From a virus (taxonomy: Duplodnaviria > Caudoviricetes): DNA of 24,897 nt. The translations under genes and the position numbers were made by a program. Of the stretch, positions 1-8,566 are shown in pieces. The stretch covers positions 1 to 24,897 of IMG/VR virus record IMGVR_UViG_3300036546_000151; one strand, given 5' to 3'. Each line of letters starts with the position of its first letter. Positions within the stretch are counted from its first letter, which is position 1. The notes beneath the pieces are model-generated. The model did no database searches. It saw nothing but the letters and a program-made list of their open reading frames with translations, and was not told the origin of the DNA.

Positions 1-132
1 CTGGTGCGATTCACCGATGGCAAGATGGCATGGGTAATCATGGACAACGTGGGGGTGTTTTACGAGACCTCACGGCTTGAGGATTTGTTCGCACACATGG
101 ATATGTTGCACCTTGCAGGGGGTATTTCATGA
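1..132 (+). CDS. Partial hypothetical protein (3' end only)
   Basis: Frame 1 is open from the window start (LVRFTDGK...LAGGIS*). Its TGA overlaps the thyX ATG (ATGA at 129-132). Confidence 0.6.
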   Translation: MVRFTDGKMAWVIMDNVGVFYETSRLEDLFAHMDMLHLAGGIS

Positions 133-731
133 TTATACCCCAGAAGGCTGAATTGGAGATTTTCGACCCCGTTCAAGCCATGAAGAAGTTGGAGAAAATA
201 GGTCGTGTGTGTTACCGCTCTGAGGACAAGATTACCGAGGAATCATACAAGGGTTTCTTGCGTGGTCTTATTTCCAGAGGCCATGAATCGGTCTTGGAGC
301 ACGTATCAGTGACCGCATACCTCACGGTAAACAGGGCGATTGCACAGGAGATAACACGGCACCGCATTGGTTCCTATACGCACGAGAGTACGAGATATGT
401 CAAATACGATGATGTGGAATTGATACCATCATTTGACAGGCCGGACATGGCTGATTGGCTGGATTCAATCTACAACGGTCTCTTGGAGCAGGGTGTTCCC
501 AAGGAACTCGCACGTGATGCACTCCCGTTGTGTACTGCAAGCAGGCTGGTGGTGACATATAATCTGAGGCAGTGGAGGCATTTCTTCCGTCTCCGCTACG
601 CAGGGAGCACAGGCAGACCACATCCACAGATACAGGAGTTGGCAGGGATGCTCTTCGAGCAGTTTTATGAGCAGATGCCCATACTCTTCGAGGACATCAA
701 GAAAGAGGTTGACAGCAAGAACAGTGTATGA
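129..731 (+). CDS. thyX: FAD-dependent thymidylate synthase ThyX
   Basis: ThyX signature RHR-x7-S-x-R (RHRIGSYTHESTRY), plus GHESVLEH, ELARDALP, NLRQWRHFFRLR and HPQI motifs. Confidence 0.95.
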   Translation: MIIPQKAELEIFDPVQAMKKLEKIGRVCYRSEDKITEESYKGFLRGLISRGHESVLEHVSVTAYLTVNRAIAQEITRHRIGSYTHESTRYVKYDDVELIPSFDRPDMADWLDSIYNGLLEQGVPKELARDALPLCTASRLVVTYNLRQWRHFFRLRYAGSTGRPHPQIQELAGMLFEQFYEQMPILFEDIKKEVDSKNSV

Positions 732-737
732 TAAAGT
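709..737 (+). promoter_or_regulatory. Sigma70-type promoter upstream of the 759 ORF
   Basis: TTGACA (709-714), 17-nt spacer, TAAAGT (732-737) preceded by an extended -10 TG; GAGGAG ribosome-binding site downstream. Confidence 0.6.
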
Positions 738-758
738 GTACACATAGAGGAGAAAAAC

Positions 759-953
759 ATGAAAAAAGAAAAAATTTCATTGGAACAGGACGGTATCATA
801 TTCGATGTGGTGTTCAGTTGGGACAATGACGACAGGAACGAGCGTGGCGAGACCACCATCCACACCATCAAGATTGGGGATACGCCCAATTTGTACGATG
901 TGTTGCACGAGGATGTTATTTATGGTCTGTACGACCAACTGGAGGCAATGTGA
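759..953 (+). CDS. Small acidic hypothetical protein (64 aa)
   Basis: Strong SD (GAGGAG) and an upstream promoter; its stop overlaps the next start (GTGA). Confidence 0.75.
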   Translation: MKKEKISLEQDGIIFDVVFSWDNDDRNERGETTIHTIKIGDTPNLYDVLHEDVIYGLYDQLEAM

Positions 954-1081
954 AATTCGCAGTGATTTTCATCTTGTTCAGTGTGGGATACGCATTCACC
1001 GCAGTTGGTTTTCCAGCAGGGCTGAACATCCCACTCACGGTCTTGGTCATCATGGCGATGGCTGTAGGAGATAAACAATGA
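950..1081 (+). CDS. Small hydrophobic membrane peptide (43 aa; not in the ORF track)
   Basis: GTG start with GGAGG SD; MKFAVIFILFSVGYAFTAVGFPAGLNIPLTVLVIMAMAVGDKQ; coupled to both neighbours by GTGA/ATGA overlaps. Confidence 0.6.
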   Translation: MKFAVIFILFSVGYAFTAVGFPAGLNIPLTVLVIMAMAVGDKQ

Positions 1082-1245
1082 AAGCAGTAAGGTGCAGAAG
1101 ATGTGGACACAAGCCAATCACCATATCAGATGGTGGGAAAGAAGGAAAGAGACAGTACGCAACCATGTGTCCTTTCGAGTATCGGCCAATCCGTTGGTTT
1201 TCGTCCTTGCAGGACTCTATCGAGGATTGGAACAGCAAGCAATAA
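1078..1245 (+). CDS. Small Lar-like zinc-ribbon protein (55 aa; not in the ORF track)
   Basis: AGGAG SD; MKAVRCRRCGHKP...C...SIEDWNSKQ, i.e. the CxxCGxxP...WN pattern of Lar restriction-alleviation-like proteins. Confidence 0.6.
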   Translation: MKAVRCRRCGHKPITISDGGKEGKRQYATMCPFEYRPIRWFSSLQDSIEDWNSKQ

Positions 1246-1255
1246 GGAAAAAGAA

Positions 1256-1642
1256 ATGAGAGAGATATTGTTTAGGGGGAAACTTGCTTATAATGGAGTT
1301 TGGGTTTATGGTGGGTTTTATAAAGAACCTGTAGACGATATTAAGGATGGCAAAACATATATCATCACCGGTTCTTTAAGTTTTGCTGGTAACGCAAATC
1401 AAGTTATACCCGAGACTATCGGTCAATACACCGGACTCAAAGACAAGAACGGCAAGAAGATTTTTGAGGGGGATATAGTAAAATGCCACGCTATAAAAAC
1501 AGATGAAACAGTTATTGTCGAAGATATTAGAAACATACCTACACCATTATTTTGGGTAAATGTATATAAGAATAATGCAAACATGAAAATCATCGGCAAT
1601 ATTCACGACAACCCAGAGCTTTTGGAGGAAAAAACATGTTAA
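1256..1642 (+). CDS. YopX family protein
   Basis: MREILFRGK...WVYG, ETIGQYTGLKDKNGKKIFEGDIV, IIGNIHDNPELL. Start moved to ATG 1256 (the track's 1103 start overlaps another gene). Confidence 0.9.
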   Translation: MREILFRGKLAYNGVWVYGGFYKEPVDDIKDGKTYIITGSLSFAGNANQVIPETIGQYTGLKDKNGKKIFEGDIVKCHAIKTDETVIVEDIRNIPTPLFWVNVYKNNANMKIIGNIHDNPELLEEKTC

Positions 1643-2196
1643 TAGGAATCACAGGTAAGAAGAGAAGCGGTAAGGACACGGCAGGATTCTATCTCCGTGA
1701 CACATATGGGTTCACCAAGGCAAGACCCCTTGCAATCTTCAAGGACTCGTTCAAGGAGTGGTTCGGATGGGACGAGCGTCATATGGAGGGTGAACTCAAG
1801 GAAGTGGTAGACCCTCTCTTTGGTTTCTCCCCGAGGCAACTCATGCAGGTGTTCGGTACAGAACTGATGAAATATGATTTGGGGAATCATATCCCCAGCT
1901 TTGAACATGTGTGTGGTGAGGATATCTGGATACGTTCGTTCGTGCGGTGGTATGACCAGCAACCAAGGGGTAATTATGTGCTTACCGACCTTCGTTTCGT
2001 CAATGAGTCACAGCGTATTCCCTTCGACCTCATCATCCGTCTCAAGTCTGATAGAAGCCCCGAGGACACCCATGCGAGTGAGCAGGAGATTGACAGGATT
2101 TCCGCTGATTATGAGATAGTCAATAATGGCTATGGAACACAGGACGAGCTTTTCAAGGAGCTTGACCGCATTGTAGAGGAGGTTGGGATATGGTGA
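1636..2196 (+). CDS. Deoxynucleoside monophosphate kinase
   Basis: N-terminal P-loop GITGKKRSGKDT, PRQLMQVFGTE, TDLRFVNE, HASE motifs typical of phage dNMP kinases. Confidence 0.88.
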   Translation: MLIGITGKKRSGKDTAGFYLRDTYGFTKARPLAIFKDSFKEWFGWDERHMEGELKEVVDPLFGFSPRQLMQVFGTELMKYDLGNHIPSFEHVCGEDIWIRSFVRWYDQQPRGNYVLTDLRFVNESQRIPFDLIIRLKSDRSPEDTHASEQEIDRISADYEIVNNGYGTQDELFKELDRIVEEVGIW

Positions 2197-2396
2197 TTGC
2201 GATTGTAGCAGGGATTGTGGTGGCGTTGCTGATGCTCGCTGTACAGTTCGTTGCTTTCGTGTGGTTCGAGCATTGGGTCAGCACCTTGTCACCGAGTGAA
2301 CAAAAGAAGGCTTGGGAGGATTACTATTGGCTGACTACAGCGGAATCACCCGAGGAACAGGCGATGATTATGAGATGGAGGAGAGAACAGAAATGA
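2190..2396 (+). CDS. Hypothetical membrane protein
   Basis: N-terminal hydrophobic helix; GGAGG SD; overlaps both neighbours. Confidence 0.65.
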   Translation: MVIAIVAGIVVALLMLAVQFVAFVWFEHWVSTLSPSEQKKAWEDYYWLTTAESPEEQAMIMRWRREQK

Positions 2397-2803
2397 AACT
2401 GAGAGTATGGATTGATGAAATGAAGGAGCACTTGGTGGTTCGTTCTTGGCACTTGGGTACCAACAATGTTATTGTGTCAACATTCGGACGAGGTGGTGGT
2501 AATGTGTCCATTGAGTTGGGTGAGAAGCATATCCTTGAACGCTCCAGCGGTCTTTTTGACTCACAAGGCAATGAAATGTATGAGGGTGACATTTATTACG
2601 CCAACGGAATCAAGACGGATTTGTACGAGGTTCGTTTTGTCAACGGCGCATTCTGTGGTGGCCCATTGATGAGTGGAAGCGAGTACATGTTCTCACCGCT
2701 TGGGCATGAGGTCGAGGAGGACACTGAGGACACCGCACCAAGAGACAGCGTAATCTGTGACTGGTGCACAGTGTGTGGACATATCCACGAGGAGAGAGCA
2801 TGA
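2393..2803 (+). CDS. Second, divergent YopX-like protein
   Basis: MKLRVW...SSGLFDSQGNEMYEGDI...VCGHIHE matches the YopX pattern; ATGA-coupled start at 2393. Confidence 0.8.
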   Translation: MKLRVWIDEMKEHLVVRSWHLGTNNVIVSTFGRGGGNVSIELGEKHILERSSGLFDSQGNEMYEGDIYYANGIKTDLYEVRFVNGAFCGGPLMSGSEYMFSPLGHEVEEDTEDTAPRDSVICDWCTVCGHIHEERA

Positions 2804-3111
2804 AAGTATATCTGAGTGGTTCCATAACCAAGGAACCGGATTATCTGGTGGCATTCGAGTTATGGGAGAAGTATCTCAAGCAATGCGGATACGAGGTAGT
2901 CAACCCCACTTCCTTTCCCGAGGAAGAGCGGTATGAGGACTACATGAAACGTGATATTCGTCTCTTATTGACTTGTGATGCTATTTTCTATGTGAACGAC
3001 ACAACGACCAGTAAGGGTGCGTTCATCGAGACGATGGTGTGCAAGGCGTGTGGTATTCGAGAACTGAAACAAAGTGAGGTAGGTATATGTGGTTATTCCA
3101 TTGGGCTATGA
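2800..3111 (+). CDS. DUF4406 / nucleoside 2-deoxyribosyltransferase-like protein
   Basis: MKVYLSGSIT...GYEVVNP...YMKRDIRLLLTCDAI...SKGAFIE pattern. Confidence 0.8.
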   Translation: MKVYLSGSITKEPDYLVAFELWEKYLKQCGYEVVNPTSFPEEERYEDYMKRDIRLLLTCDAIFYVNDTTTSKGAFIETMVCKACGIRELKQSEVGICGYSIGL

Positions 3112-3254
3112 TTTGGACGTTGGTATTGTTCGTGCTTGACGCTGTCGAGGTGTTATCACTAAGTGGTTTTCAGATTTGTCTGCCATTGGTCGTTCTGACA
3201 GGCATCGGCCTTGTAGGTTCCATAGTGGCAGTATTGCAGAAGGAGAAGAAATGA
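3087..3254 (+). CDS. Small two-helix membrane protein (55 aa; not in the ORF track)
   Basis: GAGGT SD; MWLFHWAMIWTLVLFVLDAVEVLSLSGFQICLPLVVLTGIGLVGSIVAVLQKEKK; ATGA overlap with the next gene. Confidence 0.6.
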   Translation: MWLFHWAMIWTLVLFVLDAVEVLSLSGFQICLPLVVLTGIGLVGSIVAVLQKEKK

Positions 3255-3487
3255 AGAAGCAGGGAGTGCATAGATTGGGAAAATTCACCTTCAAGGGAGG
3301 TTCCGAGCGTCAGTATATCAAGAACATCGACCCCTACGAGATACAGCGTGCCTGCATGGAAAAACGTGTTGCATTACAACAGATGACAGGGGACGTCAGT
3401 GTAATCCGTGAGTGCGAAGGACACAGGATTAAGTTCACACAGAAGCAGATTCGCTCTTTCAGACTCTATACTGAGTTAGTCGATTAG
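3251..3487 (+). CDS. Hypothetical protein (78 aa)
   Basis: ATG at 3251 with AGGAG SD, coupled to the upstream stop. Confidence 0.65.
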   Translation: MKKQGVHRLGKFTFKGGSERQYIKNIDPYEIQRACMEKRVALQQMTGDVSVIRECEGHRIKFTQKQIRSFRLYTELVD

Positions 3488-3664
3488 CACGTCACCACAG
3501 TATAGCTCAATGTCGACACGCAGGTCATCCCCCACGATGGGTAGGATGTCTTCCCCCTTGTGGATGATGGCCTCGATTTCGATTTCGCCATTCCTAATGG
3601 TATTGGCGACAATGGTGAGTTCTATACCAGTTTCACCGTGTTCGTAATGAATTATCTTGTTCAT
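3476..3664 (-). CDS. Small acidic hypothetical protein, probably from a leaderless mRNA
   Basis: The only supported minus-strand gene in the left arm; ATG starts 7 nt after a near-consensus -10 box; no SD. Confidence 0.7.
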   Translation of the reverse strand: MNKIIHYEHGETGIELTIVANTIRNGEIEIEAIIHKGEDILPIVGDDLRVDIELYCGDVLID

Positions 3665-3670
3665 GGTGTT

Positions 3671-3699
3671 ATTCTAACAGTTTTTCATACAGTTGTCAA
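3671..3699 (-). promoter_or_regulatory. Sigma70-type promoter (leftward)
   Basis: Minus strand TTGACA (3699-3694), 17 nt, TAGAAT (3676-3671) with extended -10 TG. Confidence 0.8.
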
Positions 3700-3713
3700 G
3701 AATAAAAATGTTC

Positions 3714-3742
3714 TTGATTAATCCAAGGGAATCGGGTATAAT
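3714..3742 (+). promoter_or_regulatory. Sigma70-type promoter (rightward) for the replication operon
   Basis: TTGATT (3714-3719), 17 nt, TATAAT (3737-3742); back-to-back with the leftward promoter in an AT-rich intergenic gap. Confidence 0.7.
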
Positions 3743-3795
3743 AAGGTTCCAATCTCACTCGTAGAGGTGGGATATATTTCTGAAATGGAAGGTTT

Positions 3796-4002
3796 ATGAT
3801 GCGAAAAGCGAACAGATGTGTATGTGGTCATTGGCCCGAGGTTGTACTCGATGATGATGGTTATCAAGTGGAGTGCCCCAAGTGTGGCAAGACAAGTGGG
3901 CATTACCCCCGTGAAAGGTATGCGATTATTGAGTGGAACAGGCCGAAGGACATAGCCGACATGCTCGGGGCAGAGGGGGAGAATCGTGTCGTCATTGCTT
4001 GA
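3796..4002 (+). CDS. Lar-like zinc-ribbon protein
   Basis: CVCGHWP...VECPKCG...AIIEWNR, the pattern of the Lar restriction-alleviation family. Confidence 0.7.
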   Translation: MMRKANRCVCGHWPEVVLDDDGYQVECPKCGKTSGHYPRERYAIIEWNRPKDIADMLGAEGENRVVIA

Positions 4003-6103
4003 CATCGCAAACAAATACGCCAAGAAACACCTCAAGGTAATCCCTGTTGCAAAGGCAGGGAAGAACCCCATCATCCCCGATTGGGTGAACAATGCCTCAG
4101 ACAATCCGAGTGTGTTGGAGGGTTGGTTCGAGGGCAAGGACTTGAACATCGGCATAGTCACGGGCAAGACCTCGGGAATCCTCGTCATTGACATCGACAC
4201 CAAGAACGGTGACGGTCGTGAGAGCATAGCTGATTTCGAGTCCAAGACAGGTGCATATCTTCCAGAGACCGTGACCGCAAGGACACAGAACGGAGGCTTG
4301 CACCTCTTCTTCAAGTATCCTACTGGTATTGAGAACATCAAGGGCAAGATAGGCATCCTCGATAATGTGGACATCCGTGCTGATGGAAACCAAGTGGTTG
4401 TGTATCCTAGTGTAGGAACAAAAGGCTCTTACACGTGGATTCGCTCACCATGGGAAGCCAAGGTTGCGACACTTCCGAAGATTTGGAAGCAGTTCATCTG
4501 TGGCGAGGTGGATGACACCACCATCGGCAAGATTCGCATTCCCCCCAAGGCTTTCAAGCTCCCTGCCACCATCCCCTCCGGTATGCGACATGCGACATTG
4601 CTGTCCTATGCGTGTTCATTGGCTACGAAGAAGGGCATCGGTGAGACCGAGCTTGCAGGGTCGGTGAGGGAGACCAACAAGCGGTTGTGCCAGCCACCCA
4701 TCACCAACGAGGACGAACTCAAGCACATCATTGATTGGGCGGTGGACAAGATTGGCAAGAACAAGGTCACGGTTGACGAGGGAGACCCCGAGTGGCTCAC
4801 CATCACGGAGAAAGGCCCAGCAATCGATGATGGTCTCTTTGTGGAGTGGTACAAGGGCAAGCATGAACTTTACTGCATCAACAGCGTGTTCTACGATGAG
4901 CAGGGGCACGTGCCCGATGACAGCATCAAGAGCGACATACAGAACCTTGTGAAACCCTATGTGCCCTCGTCCCTGTCAAGGAAGGTGAACGCATTGTTCG
5001 ATTCACTCAAGAACGAGTGTTTCTTCCAGCCACCACCGCTCCAGCACGACATCGTGAACCTGCACAACAAGGCTCTCAAGGTGGACGAGACAGGGATTTA
5101 CGAGGTCAGCATGGGATTCACCCTCAACAGGCTGAGTGTGGATTACAATCCCAACGCTGAGTGTCCTCGATGGGACAGTTTTCTTCATCAGTTGTTGCAT
5201 GATGAGGACATTCTCACCTTGCAGGAGTACATCGGTTACTGTCTTGTACCGACCACGGTGGCACAGAAATCCCTTATCATCATCGGCAAGGGTCGTGAGG
5301 GCAAGTCAGTCATCGGGGAGGTCATGCACGCTCTCTTCCACACCTCTATGGTGCAGGGGGAGCTTCATAAGTTGCAGGAGAACCGCTTCATGCTTGCACA
5401 GCTTGAAAACAAGCTCGTGTTCTACGATGATGACCTCCAGAGTGGTGCGTTGACTGACACAGGTACATTCAAGAAGCTCGTGACGGCGAACATCCCTGTC
5501 CTCGTGGAGCGCAAGGGTCAGCAACACTATGAAATCCAGCCGTATGCACGTATCCTAGCGAGTGGCAACAAGTCCTTGGAAGCGTGTTATGACCATACTG
5601 ATGGGTTCTACCGGAGACTCTTGTTGCTCAAGTGCAAGGAGCGTGACAAGAACCGCAAGGATGACAAGCTGTTCGGTAAGAAGATTACCGACAACGAGCT
5701 TGAGGGTGTCCTTAATTGGGCCTTGAAGGGTCTCCAGCGTCTGATGATTCAAGGATGGGAGTTTACTACAAGTGAACGCACCGAGTTGGCTCTCAAGGAA
5801 GCACAGGAGGACGGCAACAGTCTGATTCCTTTCATACAGGATACGGATAATGTCGTGTTTGACGAGGACGAGGAGGTCGCCAGCGGTGATTTCTACGAGG
5901 CATACACTAGATGGTGTGAATTGAATGCACTCAAGCCGTTGGCAATGAGGACGGTATCGAATTACCTCAAGGAGAATGCGGAGGAATTGCGTATACAGTA
6001 TTCCAATCGTGTCAAGGGCAAGAGGGGATACAAGGGAATGGGACTGATGAACAAGGTTGAGAAAGCAGGACGATTCACGATAGTGAAAAAGGAGGAGGCG
6101 TGA
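3986..6103 (+). CDS. Bifunctional primase-polymerase / PriCT / D5-type SF3 helicase (P4-family primase)
   Basis: N-terminal Prim-Pol motifs (NIGIVTG, VIDID, TQNGGLHLFF, DIRADG, VVYPS); PriCT-like GMRHATL; Walker A GKGREGKS; FYRRLL. Confidence 0.93.
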   Translation: MSSLLDIANKYAKKHLKVIPVAKAGKNPIIPDWVNNASDNPSVLEGWFEGKDLNIGIVTGKTSGILVIDIDTKNGDGRESIADFESKTGAYLPETVTARTQNGGLHLFFKYPTGIENIKGKIGILDNVDIRADGNQVVVYPSVGTKGSYTWIRSPWEAKVATLPKIWKQFICGEVDDTTIGKIRIPPKAFKLPATIPSGMRHATLLSYACSLATKKGIGETELAGSVRETNKRLCQPPITNEDELKHIIDWAVDKIGKNKVTVDEGDPEWLTITEKGPAIDDGLFVEWYKGKHELYCINSVFYDEQGHVPDDSIKSDIQNLVKPYVPSSLSRKVNALFDSLKNECFFQPPPLQHDIVNLHNKALKVDETGIYEVSMGFTLNRLSVDYNPNAECPRWDSFLHQLLHDEDILTLQEYIGYCLVPTTVAQKSLIIIGKGREGKSVIGEVMHALFHTSMVQGELHKLQENRFMLAQLENKLVFYDDDLQSGALTDTGTFKKLVTANIPVLVERKGQQHYEIQPYARILASGNKSLEACYDHTDGFYRRLLLLKCKERDKNRKDDKLFGKKITDNELEGVLNWALKGLQRLMIQGWEFTTSERTELALKEAQEDGNSLIPFIQDTDNVVFDEDEEVASGDFYEAYTRWCELNALKPLAMRTVSNYLKENAEELRIQYSNRVKGKRGYKGMGLMNKVEKAGRFTIVKKEEA

Positions 6104-6477
6104 TGAGAAAGCTAGGCGAACAGTGGGTCGAAGTAATCGGCGGACAGGAGCATATGCTGAAGGCGGTGGCACCTATTGAATTGTGCAAAGGATGTTGTTT
6201 TAACTGCAATCAAGGTGGTTGTTGCTGGAAGGGTTTTGACGACTGTCAGATGGGAAGTTTTTTTATCATCAAAGACCTTGGAATCCTCAATAGCGAAGGC
6301 TTGCTTCCATGTCCGTTCTGTGGGGAGTATCCAGAAATAAAATATGGTATCGATGGAGATGGGTGGCATTACGTAGAACTAAGTTGTTGTAAATATGTTG
6401 ATAGGATGAGTGGATATTCAACTGATATGGAAGGTTTTTTCAGGGGGATGATTGAGCGTTGGAACAGGAGGGTGTGA
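6100..6477 (+). CDS. Cys-rich protein with C-terminal Lar-like domain
   Basis: CKGCCF...C N-terminal cluster, then LLPCPFCGEYP...CC...IERWNRRV. Confidence 0.7.
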   Translation: MMRKLGEQWVEVIGGQEHMLKAVAPIELCKGCCFNCNQGGCCWKGFDDCQMGSFFIIKDLGILNSEGLLPCPFCGEYPEIKYGIDGDGWHYVELSCCKYVDRMSGYSTDMEGFFRGMIERWNRRV

Positions 6478-6713
6478 TGGAACATAGTGCAATAGATTGC
6501 CCAATACCTTCAATTGAAAATATAAAAACTTTGAGTAGAATGACAGGTTGCGGTTTGATGTACTGTAAAAAAGCATTGATGTATACTGAGTGCGATATGC
6601 AAAAAGCAGAAGCATTACTGCAAGATTTAACAGGTGGAGTAGTAATACGTCCTAATCCTTGGGATGAAGCTGAAAAGAAGTGGAAAGAAAAATATGAAGG
6701 AGCGGGTAAATGA
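6477..6713 (+). CDS. Small protein resembling the EF-Ts N-terminal (UBA-like) domain
   Basis: IKTLSRMTGCGLMYCKKALMYTECDMQKAEALL aligns with the EF-Ts consensus VKELRERTGAGMMDCKKAL...GDIEKA; TGATG-coupled start with AGGAGG SD. Confidence 0.7.
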   Translation: MEHSAIDCPIPSIENIKTLSRMTGCGLMYCKKALMYTECDMQKAEALLQDLTGGVVIRPNPWDEAEKKWKEKYEGAGK

Positions 6714-6961
6714 AAACAGTTATATTCAGAAAGCATAGGGGGTCGTTGGTAGACTCCATGAACACGGCAATACTCGTATCATCGAAAGAAGATATAGCCA
6801 TGGTATGTACAGACGAAACAACAGCCATCAATCCAGATTTGATTGAGATTGTGCCTTACATGGGATATGACCACCGTGTAGGATGGTATACTCATGTGGT
6901 GAGGTGTCCGGGTTATGGGGTATTGGGTTTCACTGATGGCGATATAACGGAGGTTGAGTGA
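6710..6961 (+). CDS. Hypothetical phage protein
   Basis: Coupled overlaps at both ends (ATGA; TGATG); GGAG SD. Confidence 0.7.
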   Translation: MKTVIFRKHRGSLVDSMNTAILVSSKEDIAMVCTDETTAINPDLIEIVPYMGYDHRVGWYTHVVRCPGYGVLGFTDGDITEVE

Positions 6962-8259
6962 TGGAATTGTTCCCACACCAAGAAAGAATATTGGGGACAC
7001 TGTCGGAACACGACAGTTTCGCCCTGTTTTGGTCGATGCGAGTGATGAAAACCCTTCCGATGGTGCTCCATATCACCAACCTCATCATGGCAGGTAAGGC
7101 CAAGGACGCCATTGTCATTGCACCCAAGTCAGCACTCGGTGCTTGGAAGCGTGACATCAACAAGATGAAAGGCAAGAGACGTGAAGCATGTGACAAGATT
7201 ACCCTCATCAATTACGAGAAGGTATGGAGGCGTAAGGAGTACGACCGCCACTTCGACATCGTGGTCTTGGATGAGTCCCACAAGATTGCAAGGAGGCAGA
7301 GCAAGCAGAGCAAGTTCTGCATGAAGTACGCAACCCGCTCCAAATACCGCTATCTCCTTACAGGGACACCACTTGGTCAAGGTCGGCTTGAGGACTTGTG
7401 GTCTCAGATGGAGTTCATGTTCCCCGGCTTCTTCGGCCCTTATCGGGAGTTCGAGGCACGTTACTGTATCACCCGCCAGCTTCCCGGCACCTTCATCCGC
7501 ATTGTTACAGGGTACAGGAACAAGGACGAATTACTTGCACGTGTCAAACCATACGTGTCCTCACTGACCCTCGATGATGTGGCTGACATGCCTACCGACC
7601 CACCGGATAACATGGTCATCTGCCCGAGACCCAACGTATTCATCCAGAGCGGGGTTCGCAAGGGTTATGTCAAGGAATACGACATGATTATCGACAACCC
7701 CGCTGTCAAGCTCATGAAGATGAGGCAGGTGGCAAGTGGTTTCATCATCGATGAACAGGGAGAGACCCATGTCATTGCCGACACCAAGCGGTTTGCCTTC
7801 GGTGAATTGCTCGATGAGATAGGTGATGAGAAGATTGTCATATTCTGTGAGTTCAAGCAGTCAATCCGCAGTGTGGTACAGGAGTTGAGGAAGCACGAGC
7901 TACCCCACGTGGTACTCGATGGAGACCAGCCCGACAAGGAGATATGGAAGTGGTTCCAAGAGCATGACCACATGCGGGCCATCGTTTGTCAGTACGCAAC
8001 CGCCAATGCAGGCATCGACCTCTACACCGCACGGCATATGGTATTTTATGAACCATCCCTGTCCACCACGATGATGGAACAGGCTAGGGCCAGAATCAAG
8101 ACAGCTGTGAATCCGAGGAAGTGCCAATACCACTGGATGATAGCACAGGATTCTGTGGAGTTGAAGATTTATCGGCAGTTGGAGAAACACAAGGACTTCA
8201 CCGTGAACACCATGAGTGAGTGGTCTTGGGGAGACTATGATGAGGATGAGACATTATGA
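6958..8259 (+). CDS. SNF2/DEAH-like SF2 helicase
   Basis: LFPHQ, INYE, VLDESHKI, LLTGTP, DLWSQ, GIDL, EQARARI. Walker A is degenerate (MRVMKT). Start is 6958 or 6961. Confidence 0.9.
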   Translation: MMELFPHQERILGTLSEHDSFALFWSMRVMKTLPMVLHITNLIMAGKAKDAIVIAPKSALGAWKRDINKMKGKRREACDKITLINYEKVWRRKEYDRHFDIVVLDESHKIARRQSKQSKFCMKYATRSKYRYLLTGTPLGQGRLEDLWSQMEFMFPGFFGPYREFEARYCITRQLPGTFIRIVTGYRNKDELLARVKPYVSSLTLDDVADMPTDPPDNMVICPRPNVFIQSGVRKGYVKEYDMIIDNPAVKLMKMRQVASGFIIDEQGETHVIADTKRFAFGELLDEIGDEKIVIFCEFKQSIRSVVQELRKHELPHVVLDGDQPDKEIWKWFQEHDHMRAIVCQYATANAGIDLYTARHMVFYEPSLSTTMMEQARARIKTAVNPRKCQYHWMIAQDSVELKIYRQLEKHKDFTVNTMSEWSWGDYDEDETL

Positions 8260-8558
8260 TGGACAGATATTACCATATCGTTGATGACGACCGGATACCG
8301 GAGAGTTGGGTGTTGACAGTGAGAAAGTGTGAGTGTGGTCAGACACTGTATTACGACAGGAAGAAAGAGACGTGGCACTGTATGAAAGCAGGGTGTCCCT
8401 TGCACAAGAGTCACGAGAAGAAAAAGCAGATTCCGCAAAAAAAGCTCGACCGCATATTGGAGCTTGGTGAGGTGTTGACAATCAAGGAAATCAGTGGTAG
8501 GCTGAAACTATCAGAAAAAGATGTGTTCCGTGTGTTGCGTGAACATGACATCATGTAG
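8256..8558 (+). CDS. Zn-ribbon plus helix-turn-helix protein, possible regulator
   Basis: CECG...CMKAGCP followed by LTIKEISGRLKLSEKDVFRVL, an HTH-like segment. Confidence 0.6.
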   Translation: MMDRYYHIVDDDRIPESWVLTVRKCECGQTLYYDRKKETWHCMKAGCPLHKSHEKKKQIPQKKLDRILELGEVLTIKEISGRLKLSEKDVFRVLREHDIM

Positions 8559-8566
8559 GAGAAAGT

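Noticed and set aside
3718-4374. 218-aa minus-strand ORF
   Set aside because: Antisense to the primase and Lar-like genes and runs over a promoter.
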